Source: Raja brachyura (lineage: Eukaryota). From it: a stretch of DNA of 64,000 nt. The stretch lies in NCBI GenBank assembly GCA_963514005.1, contig OY740806.1:22196001-22260000 (forward strand), written 5' to 3'. The notes under the pieces are model-generated. The model was not told where the DNA came from, ran no database searches, and saw only the letters and a list, made by a program, of their open reading frames with translations. A program made the translations under genes and the position numbers. Shown here piece by piece: positions 12,333 to 25,920 of this stretch. Position 1 is the first letter of the stretch. Each line of letters opens with the position of its first letter.

Positions 12333-15300
12333 CTGCAAGAGCAAGAGAAACAAACAAAAAAAAGGGATGGGGAAAAATTCAACTGTACCAGTTAATCTGA
12401 CTTACAATTAATTACTCATCGTCACTTAGCAATAACTTGCAATAGTAAAACATCTACTTATTAAAATATGTTAACTATAGAATCTGAACCAAAATTCAAC
12501 GATTTGTTTGGACAGACCAGATTTAAAATACTTAAAGCAGTGTAATATTACAGTCATGTTGCTTGAATGCAATTAGGTTTTTAAAGTGATAACATTTTGT
12601 ATTTTCTAGTCTCTTCATTCCCTTGGACCCGACTAATCATCCTATCCAATATAAAGCAAAGTGATGATACACTCCTAGTCCTTGGGCTTTGCCTGATTAT
12701 AAAAAAGTAATTTGGCATCGCAGAGGAATGATTTAATGAATGTTATGAAGAGATAGGTGAATGGTTAAAGCAATGGACTCTGTACTCTGAACACCCGGAT
12801 TCAAATCCCATTTTGTATGCACACAGTTATCTATGGAAATATTGTCTACAAAATATTTTTGTACAAAAAGAGTACTATTGCTTCATCCTCACAAGGGATG
12901 CCTGCCTTCTGATGGGTATCTTGGCCTAACAAAACAGAAACTGAGATCTAGAAGTTACCATGATTGGAACTGAAACATTAAATGTCAAACTCTACCTGGC
13001 AAATTGAAGTCCAGATCACTGTGCACTCTGTCAGATGCTGGTTCTCTGTAAAGAGGAAGGAGCATGAAGGTGGAAAATGATCATGGTCAATTTTCAGGCA
13101 CATGGAGTATGTATCCCATGAGTGAAGCCTGAAGTTCACCTTAAATTGGATTTTGGGCTTTGCAGGGTTAATTTGGGCAAGTTTGCCATATACCTTTCGT
13201 ATACCTCCACGTTAAACTTGTCTTCTTTGCCTGCATGAAAATATACTTAAGTTGTCCATACACAGAGGCTGTAAAACAGGGTAATAGAGGAGAGAATGGG
13301 AAGAAGATGTCACCTAAAATGGGAAAGATCCACTCTTGCTCCACTGCTTGGAACCGATTTCTGAGCCAGTATTTAGACGAGTAATGAATCATTTATTTAA
13401 AGTGGTTCCACAGGAGACTGAGAAAAAAAAACTGGTTAGATATTTATCAGAGTCTACAGGAACCAGGCCCACTTCCCCTGAAATAGGTAAAAGGTGATAT
13501 GATTTTCCTTTTTTTAAAATCTGTATATTCCAAAAAATCCCAATTTTTACACATTAAAAATGCACCAGAATTAATGCGATTGCTGGTACAAACTATAAAT
13601 CCCACTCACTGGCTTCTTTCTGAAAATAAAATGTTCCTAGTTATGTGTTCATTTACATCCGTATGCTGTTTCTAATCATACAAAGCCCTCTCTCAGATGA
13701 GAGGATACAATGTTGTCTCTGCCCCTGTACCTGGTAGAAGGGCATTTGGACCTTTCTCCTAATTTCACATACATGTCCTCTCGCTGAAGTCATAGAACCT
13801 ACAGTCTGGCAACACATGTATGATCCTACAGCACACACGTCAAAACACTTGTGAAGTCATTGATGGAGTATTCATATTTTCAGTAATTTGCGTGGGGTTG
13901 GATCAAAGAAAGTAGTGGAAATTATTTAAAGTAGTTTTGATCATAAATTACCCTGACATAATTGTACTAAACTAAACAGTGATCATAGGTTTACAGGCCA
14001 GGAATTAAGTTAACAATGCTGAGAAAAACATTACACTATGCTGGCCAATTCCAATTTTGCCGCCAACTTTAATAGATCTACCCGGAATTTATTCATATCA
14101 CCGATATTACAAACACTGAACTATTTTATTTCATTTTCTAAAGCAGGTTTTATTTATTTACTAATCATCAAGTCAATATATAAATTTAAAAAGATACGTG
14201 GGTAACAACATTTCATTTCAATGGACAGTTATTCTATTCACTACAAAGTGCCTATAATTAAACCCACGATGGTTAGTGGTGCTGAGATAGGCACTTACAG
14301 CGGTAAACTAACTTAAGCTCTATAGCCAAAGCCACTGTAATATTATTACCATATTACAAACTTCTAGATGGTACAGGAAGATTTCAAGTGTTTAGGTATT
14401 TGCATGATGATCCAGTGTTTGTCTCCACCCCTCACAGTGCAATTTCCAATGTTCAACACTCGCCTCCTATCTCACAACCTTGTCTGCCATTTTGTACTTT
14501 GACTCCCATTACTTTGACCTCTTCACTCTCCACCTCACCTCCTTCCTCATCCCACCCTTGACCTCCTTCGTTTGCACATTTCTTGGTCCAACCGTCTTAA
14601 TCGATCTGAATAGGGACTGTCCTGGGGAGAAACAGTCTTGGTGTTAAACGCATGAGTATCCGCTGCTGGTTGTACTCACCATCGCACCTATGGTTCTATT
14701 TTGAACCATATACAGAGAGCTGAGAACCTCCACCAACTATCACCAGACACACTTGTGGTATTTCCCCATGTCACCAATGGCACCATAGAATTTTGGCGAG
14801 TAAATGTAGCTGAATGTATTTGCTTTGAGTTTCTTATGTTTTCTGCTTTGTTTTTGATTTCCCACCTAACCAAAGCATTATTGAATGTACAATCAATGAC
14901 ATAGTGAAAATATATTTTCCGTAGTTTTAAACCAGTGGTGTGCTAATCACACGGAATGCGAATGCGTGGGCTTTGATGATGAGCCTTTATACTGAGCAAC
15001 CCCACAATACAGAATTTATATTTCACAAACAGGCCAAATTGTCCAAATGGTGGAGATAGTGTTTACATCTGCTCAAGACTCCCCCATTCCAGTTTCGTCC
15101 AAACATATCACTATTTATTTATTTCTCCATCATGTGCACCCAGTTTTCTCTTAAATATATATTCTCCTGTTCACCTCAACCCCATCATTCAACCATTGTG
15201 GGTACATTGTTCTCCTGATATATTGGAGACAACCTCAAATTCATGGCTTGAAGTGAAAAACTGAGGTCAACTTTAATTTTTAGATGACAGACTGAGCAAA

Positions 15301-15529
15301 TCTCAATGACTGGCTGGCTGCAGTGGCCCTGTGGTTTTAGGGTTGAATGCTCATAGATTGGACAGGGATGCTGTGAAGCATTAAGAAGATGGCCTGCTGG
15401 ATGAGAGCTCTTGCAAGTAGTTTCAATGTGTGTGGAGAGGACTGGAGAGAGGTTTTAATCATGGGGGATCAGGTTCCTGAGTTGGTAGCTACCAGAACTT
15501 TGAATTATATTTGATCACTCTGCTATAGA

Positions 15530-16010
15530 AAGTGTGTTGTTAAAATGGAAAGGGTGCAGAAAAGATTCACCAGAAAGTTACCTGGACTCGAGGGTTTGCG
15601 ATATAAGGATAGGTTGGGAGTTTTTTCCCCTGGAGAATAGGAGGTTAAGAGATAACCTTATAGAGGTATACAAAATGATGAGAGACAATGATAAGGAGAA
15701 TGGTCATAGTTTTTCCGGAAGGGTAGGGAAGGCCAGAACCAGTGGATAGGTTCAAGGTGGAGGGGAATGATTTAAAAGAGGGCAATTTGTGCACACAGAG
15801 GATGGTGCACATATTGAATGAGCTACTGGAACAAGCTGCAGAGGCGGGTACAATTGTGATATTTAAAAGACATTGAGGCGGGTACATCAATAGGAAAGGT
15901 TAATGGGATATGGGCCACAAATACAAGCAATTGGGACTAGCTCATTTTAAAACCTGGTTGTCATGGATGAGTTTGGCCAATGGGGATATTTCCATGCTAA
16001 ATGAATCCAT
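15530..16010 (+). mobile_element. CR1 3' fragment, diverged
   Basis: FPLENRRLRDNLIEVYKMMR motif and CR1 3'UTR. Confidence 0.8.
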
Positions 16011-19000
16011 AGGGGAATGCTTTGGATAAAAAGTTATGGATGAAAATCAGCAAGTAAAGCTACTGACCCCAGTTTGAAGCACTACAATCCTTTAACAATC
16101 AGAGGGCAAATAAGAACAACCTCTCTGAGTGAAGGTCAAAGATGGCCCTATAAGCAAAGGAAGAATCATTATTCCTGAGTTGACCATAGCTTCAGAACTA
16201 CACTGATAGAGTTCGGAGAGTTGGCTACCCAGTTACCTCTTTGGTTGAAGGATATCACATTTCAAGAAGGAGTTGGAGGAAATACTCAAGAAAGAAGAAT
16301 ATATCACACTAAAAAAATGACATAAATTCAAAAGAACTGCTGAAAAAATCTTTCTCTATATTTCTGCACCGAATATTATCTTTATAGTTTGCATGTGTAA
16401 TTTTGTGGAGTTACATGCAGGCTGTAGAGCTAGGATTGGATGGTTTATATCAGATTCCATGGGCTTCCTGCCTGGCATTTTGGATTCTAACTTACCTCAG
16501 TGTCTCTACATTAATCCACAGTGCTGGCGCTCTTTGAAATAATGAAAACATTGCTCATTGGAGCAAGGGTGAAATGGGCCATTTGCTAAAAACACAAAAG
16601 TTGCTCATACCGATTAGTCAGCCCATTCTACAATACACCTGATTTTCATTCCCATGTCTGATTTTTATATCAAAATCAACCGTGGTGCAAAAAGCAGCTG
16701 ATTGACTACGACAAGCTCAAACTGTATCGCTTGGGAAGGACAATTGCATCTTCCAGAAACCCTTCTTATTCAAAAGCTTTATCTGATTGCATATAAGTTG
16801 ATTCTTTGCTATAAATGCAATGTTTAGCTTATAGTTGGGTATTCTCAGCATAACGCAGATACCCTCATTGAACACTCTCTGGCAGTTAAAGTGAGGAAAT
16901 TGAGAGCTTTTGGCTAATTTGTTATTATATTTCCATTTTTGTTATGGCTTGTCTTTCAAGAGATTACAAGAAAATGAGATGCAAGTTTATGTTAACAATC
17001 TTCGAGTTTATTTACTGGAGCCATTGAAACCTGATATTTGATACCTGTAATGTATGGAGCATTGTGTCAAACTGCTGATTAGATTTCCGGGATTGAGAGT
17101 TCACTTGGAAATCTTAAGAAAAACTGTTGCCTATGTTGACTGGTTGAAGTTAAGTGTGGGAGTCCTAGGAGAAGGATGAATGAACAAACTTGTCACTGAG
17201 TGACTGGGTCCAGCTCCGCTGCCACAACTACTTACAGAGGCTCACAAACCTGGTAGGGCTGTTACTGGGTGGGACAAAGAGAGGTGTTGGTGGTAGGACA
17301 GGACACAGGTAAGTGGGGCATCAGTGAAGTGATAGGTTGTGTGTCACCACTAGCCAACTGTGAGCACTTCACCTACAGGGAAGTTACAGAGGAGCATGGG
17401 CAGATACCTGAATGGAGTTTGCCAACCCTGCCTCTCAGCAAGGAATGCCAAGTGCTGTGGAGGAACCTAAAGAGGAGGAAAAGAAATTTTGTGAAGCAAT
17501 AAAGGTAAGTAAATGGAGAAGAGCACTTACAACACACAATTCATCAAATATTGGGCTGGATCATGCTCGATCTGACCCTCTCCCTGCACTCGATCTTCCT
17601 ACCACCCCCATTGCCACTCTTACATGTTGCGGGGCAGTCAAATCACAAGAGGCCACATTTCCACAGCCACCTTGCAAAGTGATGAGCAGGTCTCCAGCTA
17701 CCTCATCCTAGAAGGCTGCACTCAATCCCCCACCACACCCCACCCTAGCCCAGCGCACATCGAAAATGTTGAAATTGGTTTGAATAAATTAAAATATATA
17801 TTTTATAAAACTATTAAAAAAGACTGGAAGCTGGTGTCAAATAATTATAATTCAAACATATAGTGAATAAAAGAAAAAAAACTAAAACCTCTTGTAAACT
17901 TATCCCTTTTCTTGATGGCCGGTGACCCCAGTGAGATGAAGTGTGTCTCACGCCTCAGCTCAGGACTTTGTGGATTACCCCTACACTCAGTGCCCCGTAA
18001 CAGAACGAGAGGTCATCAGAGCTCCCATGTATTCTGTACTTTCCTATTGCAATGCATTGTTTGGGGGTAATTCAGAACACTCTGACGAGCAGACTGCTGT
18101 TCGCCACCATTTTTCTACAGGGTTACTCACTAAATATTAGCAGGAGCTGGCCTTTTACCTTTGCTGCCTGGGGGATCTGACGTTTAAATGGACAAGCTAT
18201 TGGGGAGGTGTTACGCGAGGCTTGCAGCTTACCGTATGTCCAATGGTTAATCTTGTGCTAAACAAGTGGCTGAGGGGCACACAACCAGCATTGCCCCAAT
18301 TCTGGTCTGGATTATGTCCACATTTGCTCTTCGTAATGGAATTTACAATTATAAATTGGGAGATTAAATATAACATCTTCACTTTAGGATTCATAGAGTC
18401 TTTCTTGACATTTCAGTTTAACTCACATATAATAGGACAAGCCCAAAATTAATCAAAAATTCAAATCCACATAACTGTACTCAGAATTTATAATCAAAAC
18501 AAATCCCGTTAACAGAATAACATGAAATACGTTACAAATCTTAGGCAATTCCCAGCTTCATGTTTTGCTCCAGTGCTGCTGTCATGGCAATTAGTTATCA
18601 CGTTATTATTTTTAATTAAAGATAAAGAAATTATATATTTGTAATTAGAAATAATTAAAGATTATTTTGTTATAAATGAAAGATTTTCAGAATAGTTTAA
18701 CCAGTTCCTCTTTTAAAAATACCATACTCTATCTTATATATAACAAAAGCAGAAAAATAAAATCCCAAAAACAGATGCTGGAAATCTGTTGGAAATATTC
18801 ACGGGGAAAGTGCTGGAAATATTCAACAGATCAGGAAAGATCTGTGGAGAGAGCAACAGAGATAATGTTTCAGGTCGATGACACTTGCTATCTCACCCGA
18901 TGAGTATTCCCAGCATTTTATGTTTTTACATGATTTCAAAGAGTTATTTTATTTCCAATATCCAGCATCTGTCGAGCTTTGTTTGGAAATATTCCATTTC

Positions 19001-19732
19001 ATTGTTGTTTAAAATTAGCTGTAGAAACAGAGTAAATTATTATACCACAAGTAAACTTGAATGTTTATGATGTGAATGCAAGGAGATATGATGGCGGGGC
19101 AGTGGAGGAAACCAGAGGGTAAATGGGATGTTGTTAAAGGTTGAATTGAAGCCACTCTAAACCAATTAGAGGTTAAATTCATCCTTGGATATTTGCATCA
19201 AATGCACAGTGTAGTAGTGTTGCCACATTGCAATCCACTCCTGAAATTCGTTGGCATTGACTAATCTTGAAAATGGAAACCAAGCTGTTATATTATTCAT
19301 GCTGTGGACTAGGTTCTAGTCTTGAGGTTGGCGAGTTATTTTAATCTAATTCACTGAACGTGGTAGACCTAATCATTACCTACTACTGTCCAAAGGGAGC
19401 AAACTAGATGGGAGGCAGGTAAACATATTACTATTGCCCAGACATTGCGCAGTTCAGAAATGCTTCATCCCACACACTAATTTTCTTTATATGCAAGCTT
19501 GATAACTCTGAATCTCAGATATCTCCAAAAATTTGAAATTTGCTATAGTTGGATAATAGTTGGGCTTCTATGGCATTTGCCTCCAGAAACAAATTTCCAT
19601 TGGTGTGTATACATGATGTAAGAGAAAATACATGAAGCACAGCATCCATGAGTAACATTTATCATGCATGCCACTTTTTAGTTATTGATTGCATGTTACT
19701 CTATATAGTTCACATCCTATCACCAATCTTAT

Positions 19733-19899
19733 TCACAATCACGATAATACTTTATTAGCCAAGTACGTTTTGCAGCACACGAGGAATTTCATTTGCCAAG
19801 TCAGTCATACAAATAAAAAGCAACAAAACACACAAAATACATTTTAACATAAACATCCGCCACAGTGGCTCTTCCACATTCCTCACTGTGATGGAAGGC
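19733..19899 (-). mobile_element. 5'-truncated copy of the 62672-63425 family
   Basis: Reverse complement matches 63243-63400 (gccttcc.tcacagtga...cttggctaataaa). Confidence 0.8.
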
Positions 19900-20680
19900 G
19901 GAATTGCATCTAATCTATCAATGTCTATTGGCCTCCCCTAATACTAGTATGTAAAAATGCAAATACATCAAAACAGGCATCTTGAAAGGTAGATCTATTA
20001 ATAAACAGGAGAATTATGGAGTTGAAATTTCAGCTACATTATAATTGTTAGACACAATGTAGAAAAACGCCATTAATAATTACAATAAATAAAATATGGG
20101 ACATGACAAACAGCAGAAAACTCACCTATATTAAATATTTTCCGTGCAACACATTTAATCAAGCATATATCTTGCACAGAATATATTTAGAGGAAAAATT
20201 ATGTTTGCCAGCTGTCAAAAGTGACATTAATTCTTGCTCAATCATTGAAGACTATTATTTTAAGTTGTAAATTGTCATAAGCATTTAGCAAGTAGTCCAG
20301 TTGCGATGTTAATGAATCCTTAAGAGATCATATCATTTTGTTTAGGTCACCTGGGTGAAGGCAATGAAGGAAAAATACAATCTGTAACTAATGGGAACAC
20401 AGATACTACATCAAAGAAAATCATGTCCTGAAAAATGTGTGATTTATCATTTAAGGCTTGTGTTTAACAGGGTTTATTTGGTGGCATTGGTAACCAATTG
20501 TTCTTTTTACCCAATCGGACTGAAGAGCAACCACGTATAATGAGGTGAACAGTTCCTCTTTAAAACTGTAAGATCTGTTAGCATGAAGGTACATTCATGA
20601 ACCCAGATGAATAATTACATCAAGCAGCACAAAACTCTTTTACACATTACTATGTGTTGTACTTTAAAAGCTGTGATAGT

Positions 20681-20818
20681 GGGGTGGGAGTTTGCAACTT
20701 TCACGTGGTCCGCCCTGTTTCGACGAATGCAATCAACCTGGCGTGCACAATCAAATAAGATCAAATAGAACAAGTTGTCCTACAACTTTAGGCTGTGCAC
20801 GCCATACGCAAGAAGAAG
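20681..20818 (+). mobile_element. Short retroposed 3' end with an (AAG)n tail
   Basis: TSD aagctgtgatagt / aagctgtcatagt. Internal stem TGGCGTGCACA/TGTGCACGCCA. Confidence 0.75.
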
Positions 20819-21224
20819 AAGCTGTCATAGTTTTAGGAAGAGCAATTAGGGAATGTCAATGTTTTAGGTACCTTGACCAGCAGCACCAAAACTATGACAA
20901 TCTATGAAAAATGAGGGGTAGATTGAGGCAGTGACATGATAGTTCTGCTCTGCATCTGGACTATTCAAATCTTGAATGGGACCTACGGATGCATTTATGA
21001 ATTCTTCGTTGCAATACCAATTTTTAAACTTACTAAGCATCAAAGTGTTTCTTCTGCATGCAAAACGGTGTTTATATTTATTTTTAGATCAGGCGTTTAT
21101 TTATCCAAGTTGAACCTCATCAGCATCAGAATCATAACTGGGTTTAGTTACAGGCGACATTGAGTATTCAGTGGAACATTAATCTGTTCGATTTACGCCG
21201 CATTTGTTTTCGTTTAAGACTTAA

Positions 21225-21515
21225 AGTCTTGGAGCAGAATAAGACCATTCGGCCCCTTTGAGTGTTTCACCATTCGATCATTTTCTCTCTTAACAACATT
21301 CTCCTACCTATCAATCTCCATATTATAAATATCCATTTACGGCCACCACCGTTGTCTGTGGCAATGAATTCCACAGATTCACCACCCTTTGGCTAAAGAA
21401 ATTCCTCGTCATCTCCATTCTAAAGCTACGTCCTATTATTTTGAGGCCGTGCCCTCTGGTCATAGACTCTCCCACTACTGGAAAACCCTCCCATTTCCAC
21501 CCTATCTAGGCCTAT
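21225..21515 (-). mobile_element. CR1 3' fragment
   Basis: ggcaatgaattccacagattcaccaccc motif shared with other CR1 copies, including 34825-35030. Confidence 0.75.
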
Positions 21516-22719
21516 TTAATTTAATTTAAGTGTACTATTTTCATTTTATCAAACCTAGTTTCCCACGAGTCTTACCTAATGGATAATTTATCATGAATAG
21601 ATAATTGATCATAAATGGATTTAAATGTCTCTCAATGCTTTGCCCACATTCTGGGCCAAAGTTTGCCTTTAAAATGTCAGGGGTCTGTGAGAGAAAACTG
21701 GGTAATATTGGTTGTTTTGTTTTCACTCAGAAAATATTTGTGAAGTTTAGATTTTAGTAACTAACTATACAGACCTGCAAGAAGTGACTAAAAGTGAGAA
21801 GCTCGAGTCCCCATTGCCCACTTTCAATGGCTTAAGCAGGAGAAGGGAATGGGGATGAGGAGAGTAACAATTTATGGCCCCACATTCTTCACTGAGCATT
21901 TTACATAAGTGTTTAACATGTCCCTACAAAAAAAGTTAAAAAGTCATCTCATGTCCATGTCCCCAGCTCTCTTCATTATTCGCTCAATTGGGCTTTTGCT
22001 TGCTTGATGAACATCCTCACTATTTCCAAGAGTTATTAGTATTCCTACAACACCTCAAATTAAACTTCTTTTAATTTCTGTAGGTGTCCAAAAGGAGGAT
22101 ATACTCTACCATTCTTGCGTGTGCTTTTCAAGGTGAAGGATGACAGTGCCGAGGGCAAGTAATCATTCAGCATCTGAGCTGGAAGATTCATGTTTCACCA
22201 CGTAGAAGCAATGTAGGGTTGCTTCCACTCTATCATGAGAGACAAGCCTCTGGATAGCACCTGCTGTCCTATATTAATGGTACTTCCACAACCTGCTCCT
22301 TCAATCCTCCAGCACAAATCTGTCAAGGAAAATGGTATACTGCATACCAACTCCCTAACTTACTCAATGAAGTAATTTTCCACCGCAGTCTCTGCAAAAG
22401 TTAACTCCAGTTTAAACCTGTGGCTACTAAACTGGGTAAAAACTTCATTGCTCACTGGCATAGATCCAGAGAGGAATGTATATTAATGTGGCAGATACTG
22501 TAATTACATCCATGGAAAGCAAAACTTTATCTTTCCGTGCAGCTTTTTAAAGAGCACATTCTCCACCCTTCTTTCTTATTAAGGAATAGTGAAGGAAACT
22601 TCAAAATGGGGATGAGAAATCTAAATAAAGTGAGGGTAAAATTAGACCTATAGTGAGAATGACTACAATTGTATAAGAAATTCCAGTTTTCACATGCCAA
22701 AAATGTTTTATTTTACACA

Positions 22720-22916
22720 GATTAACGAAATTTCCGTTAGCACCTACGACTTCAAAAGTATTGGTTTTCTCCATGGCAACCATACTGAGGCTGCGACTAG
22801 TTGTCAGAATGCGGGGGCTCCTCTCGACCATGAAGGAGACCACCTGCGACCATGCGACCATGTGGCGATCTTGTGGCGAGTGCAGTCTCCTAAACTCGCC
22901 TAAGTGGGACAGGCCC
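22720..22916. mobile_element. Partial MITE related to 41036-41577 (one TIR only)
   Basis: Ends aaactcgcctaagtgggacaggccc|ta; CGAC motifs inside. Confidence 0.65.
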
Positions 22917-23877
22917 TATAGACACTCTATAATCCAGTTCGCTCAAGAACTACACCTAACAACATCTAATCTTATGACCTTCATGTACTGATCGACAAGC
23001 TGAAGCTCCAACTGCAACTGGGAACACACTAACACCTGACCTGAACACCAATGCCTACTCTGGTGTATTGACTCACAGAGTCATAGATCTGTACAGCACA
23101 GAAACAGGCCTTTTGTCCCACGTTGTCCATGCTGACCAAGTTGTCATTTTGGGCTAGCCCCTTTTGCTTGCATTTGGTGCATATTCCTCTAAACCCTTTC
23201 TATCCATATATCTGTCCAAATGTCATATAAAAGTCATTTCTTGGATGAGCAATATCAGCTTCAAGGCAGGAACTGATCCAGAAGATGTTGTCGCATGGAG
23301 TAGATATGATTTTCCATTTGTTTGACCAACCACTTGCTGACTACTGATCCATGGCAGATTGCATTGAACCTCTCCCAGGAACTGAGCTGTCTAACTGGAT
23401 AGCCAAGCTCCACCCCATCACTTCACCATTCCTGGCAGGCAATGTTCCTCCCACTTGCCTATCAACCCCTCTGCCAACCTACTGGCACTGAACTTACCTT
23501 TCTAATCTTGACCCTCCACAATCTCCCACCGTCCCTGGCTCTCTGTCCCCTTATAACCCAAAGCCTGTTACCTGACCTTAACTCTAAAACTAGCTGAATT
23601 CCTCATGCAAGATCTGATTAGTAGCTTGAGAACGTATGAAAATAGAAGCAGGAGTAGGCCACTAGGCATCTGAAGCCTGATCTACCACTCAATATCATCA
23701 TGTCTAATCCATGCTGCCCTCAACTCTTCAACAGTATCAGTTCCGTGGCCCTCAACTTGATGTATCAAATATTTATCGATCTCCACCTTAAATATTTTTA
23801 ATGATCACTAACCTCGGGGGGCAGAGAATTTGGGAAATTCTCTCCCGGCTGAGAGAAGAAATGCATATGTACCTCAG

Positions 23878-24178
23878 TTAGATTTTAGAATTTAGAGATA
23901 CAGCGTGGAAACAGGCCCTTCGGCCCATCAAGTCGGCATCGACCAGCGATCACCACATACACTTCCACCATCCTAAACACTATGGACAATTTACAATTTT
24001 CAGAAGCCAACTAACCTACACACCTGTACATCTTTGGAGTGTGGGAGGAAACCAAAGTTCTCGGAGAAAACCCATGCAGTCACACAGAGAAGGTACAAAC
24101 CCTGTACAGGCAGCACTCGTAGTCAGGATCAAACCCAGGTCTCTGGAGCTGTAAGGTGGCATCTCTACCACTGCGCCA
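23878..24178 (-). mobile_element. V-SINE (HE1-like)
   Basis: Same head, V-domain and tail structure. Confidence 0.88.
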
Positions 24179-25394
24179 TTTTAAGTGACTATATTGTAAC
24201 TAGTTTTTCTTGATTGTGACTCTTCCAAGATGCACTGGGCTTTGAATGCTGACTTTCCCAGCGGTAGGTTCACAAAGAAAATATCTCTCGTCCTGCTGCA
24301 AATCATCTATTTATTGGTATTAAATATGTCCCCTTCCAATTTCTTGACTATATGGTTACAAAATGTCTTGTTCCTGCTGCTGCAGTGCACAATTAGTGCC
24401 CCGTCAATAAAGGATAGATGGATTGAGCAGATAAATGGCTTAATCAGAGGTGACTTTCTTTTTCTATATTTTCTCTTGCTTCGAACAGAAATGCGCATTT
24501 ATGGCAAAATGGCTTCAGGTTCCAGCTTCACAACATCTCGGGCACGGTTCATGATAAATCATGCTGAAAGCAATCTTTGATGGGGTCAAATGTACTAATT
24601 AATGAGGAACTGATAAATGGCTGCATCTGCGGAAGGGAATGTATTGAAGTTCTATCTTCAAGGCCTGAATTAAATATGTGCAGCCAGGATGTGATCAATG
24701 GGCACATCGAAGGATATGTTGTCATTATGACTAAATTCTCATGGCAACCTGCCCCGAGACGGAAAATCAAACATCTCCGATGCCATTTAATGTTATCTCA
24801 GAGACATACTGTATCAAATGGTCAATGCAGGATAGCTATTTCACCTTTTATGTCCCCTCCATCGTTCAACAAGACCATGGCTAATCTTTTACTTCAGTGC
24901 TACCTTCCTGCAGTAATAAAAAATCCTTTCATTTCCCCAATATGCCTGAATCTACCAATCTGTGCCTTGATACAGTCAGTGACTAAGCTTTCACTGCTCT
25001 TTTATGTAGATAATTGAAAGGATTGACTAAATTCTGGATGAAGAGATTCAGTGTCCTTTCAGTCTGGAAGCTCCAATCCCTTAAGTTGAGATTTTGACCC
25101 TTGTTTCTGGACACCGCACTATCCCAGCATCTCTCTTACAAAGTCTAAAGGAAATGTGTACAATAGGATCATCTCTTATTCTTCTAAACTCTGGAATGTA
25201 CAGGCCAGTCTATTTATTCCTGCTTGGGATAAAGCCTACCGTTCCAGAAATCAACTTTGTGAGCCTTTGTTGAATTGCCTCTTGTGCGAGTACATCGGTT
25301 CTCAGGTAAGGAGACCACGTGTGTAAATGATATTCAAAGAGCCGTCTCATAAGGGGTTGATATATTTGCATTAAAACATTTTACCCTTGTGCTC

Positions 25395-25507
25395 GAGCCG
25401 AAATGTCACCCATTCCTTCTCTCCAGAGGTGCTGCCTGTCCCGCTGAGTTACTCCAGCATTTTGTGTCTACCTTCGATTTAAACCAGCATCTGCAGTTCT
25501 TTCCGAC
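25395..25507 (+). mobile_element. Half-copy of the Penelope-derived short element
   Basis: Begins in the hammerhead stem (gccgaaatgtcaccc). Flanked by ttacccttgtgctc / ttactcttgtgctc. Confidence 0.75.
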
Positions 25508-25640
25508 TTACTCTTGTGCTCAAATCCGCTTGCCCTAAAGAACATATCATCTGAGTTCCAGGTTGCTTACTATGTCTGCATGTTAACGTCAGTGATGTAC
25601 ATGAAGACTCAAGTATCTCAAATTGCCAACATCATTCAAT

Positions 25641-25920
25641 CTTTAGACTTTAGACAAACAGTGTGGAAACAGGCCCTTCGGTCCACGGAGTCAGCGCTAA
25701 ACAGCGATCACCCTGTACACCAGCAACATCCTATATACTAGGGACAATTTGTAATTTTACCAAAGCCAATTAACCTACAAACCTGTACGTGTTTGGAGTG
25801 TGGGAAGAAACCGGAGCACCTGGAGAAACCCCACACAGTCACAGCAGATCGTGCAAACGCCATACAGACAGCGCCCATAATCAGGATCGAACCCGGGTCC
25901 CTGGAGCTGTAAGGCAGCAA
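25641..25920 (-). mobile_element. V-SINE (HE1-like)
   Basis: Intact B box GGTTCGATCC on the minus strand; V-domain present. Confidence 0.88.

Noticed and set aside
12755-12812. tRNA-like sequence (ggttaaagc...ggattcaaatccc)
   Set aside because: No complete cloverleaf; most likely an ancient SINE head.
14622-14679. Apparent 58-nt mini-intron (GTGAGT...TTTCTCCCCAG) on the minus strand suggesting extra IGSF9B exons
   Set aside because: Flanking frames show no recognisable IGSF9B similarity, and the exon chain is already phase-complete without them.
24230-25017. 116-aa and 146-aa plus-strand ORFs
   Set aside because: No recognisable domain or splice structure; the second runs into an antisense CR1 remnant.
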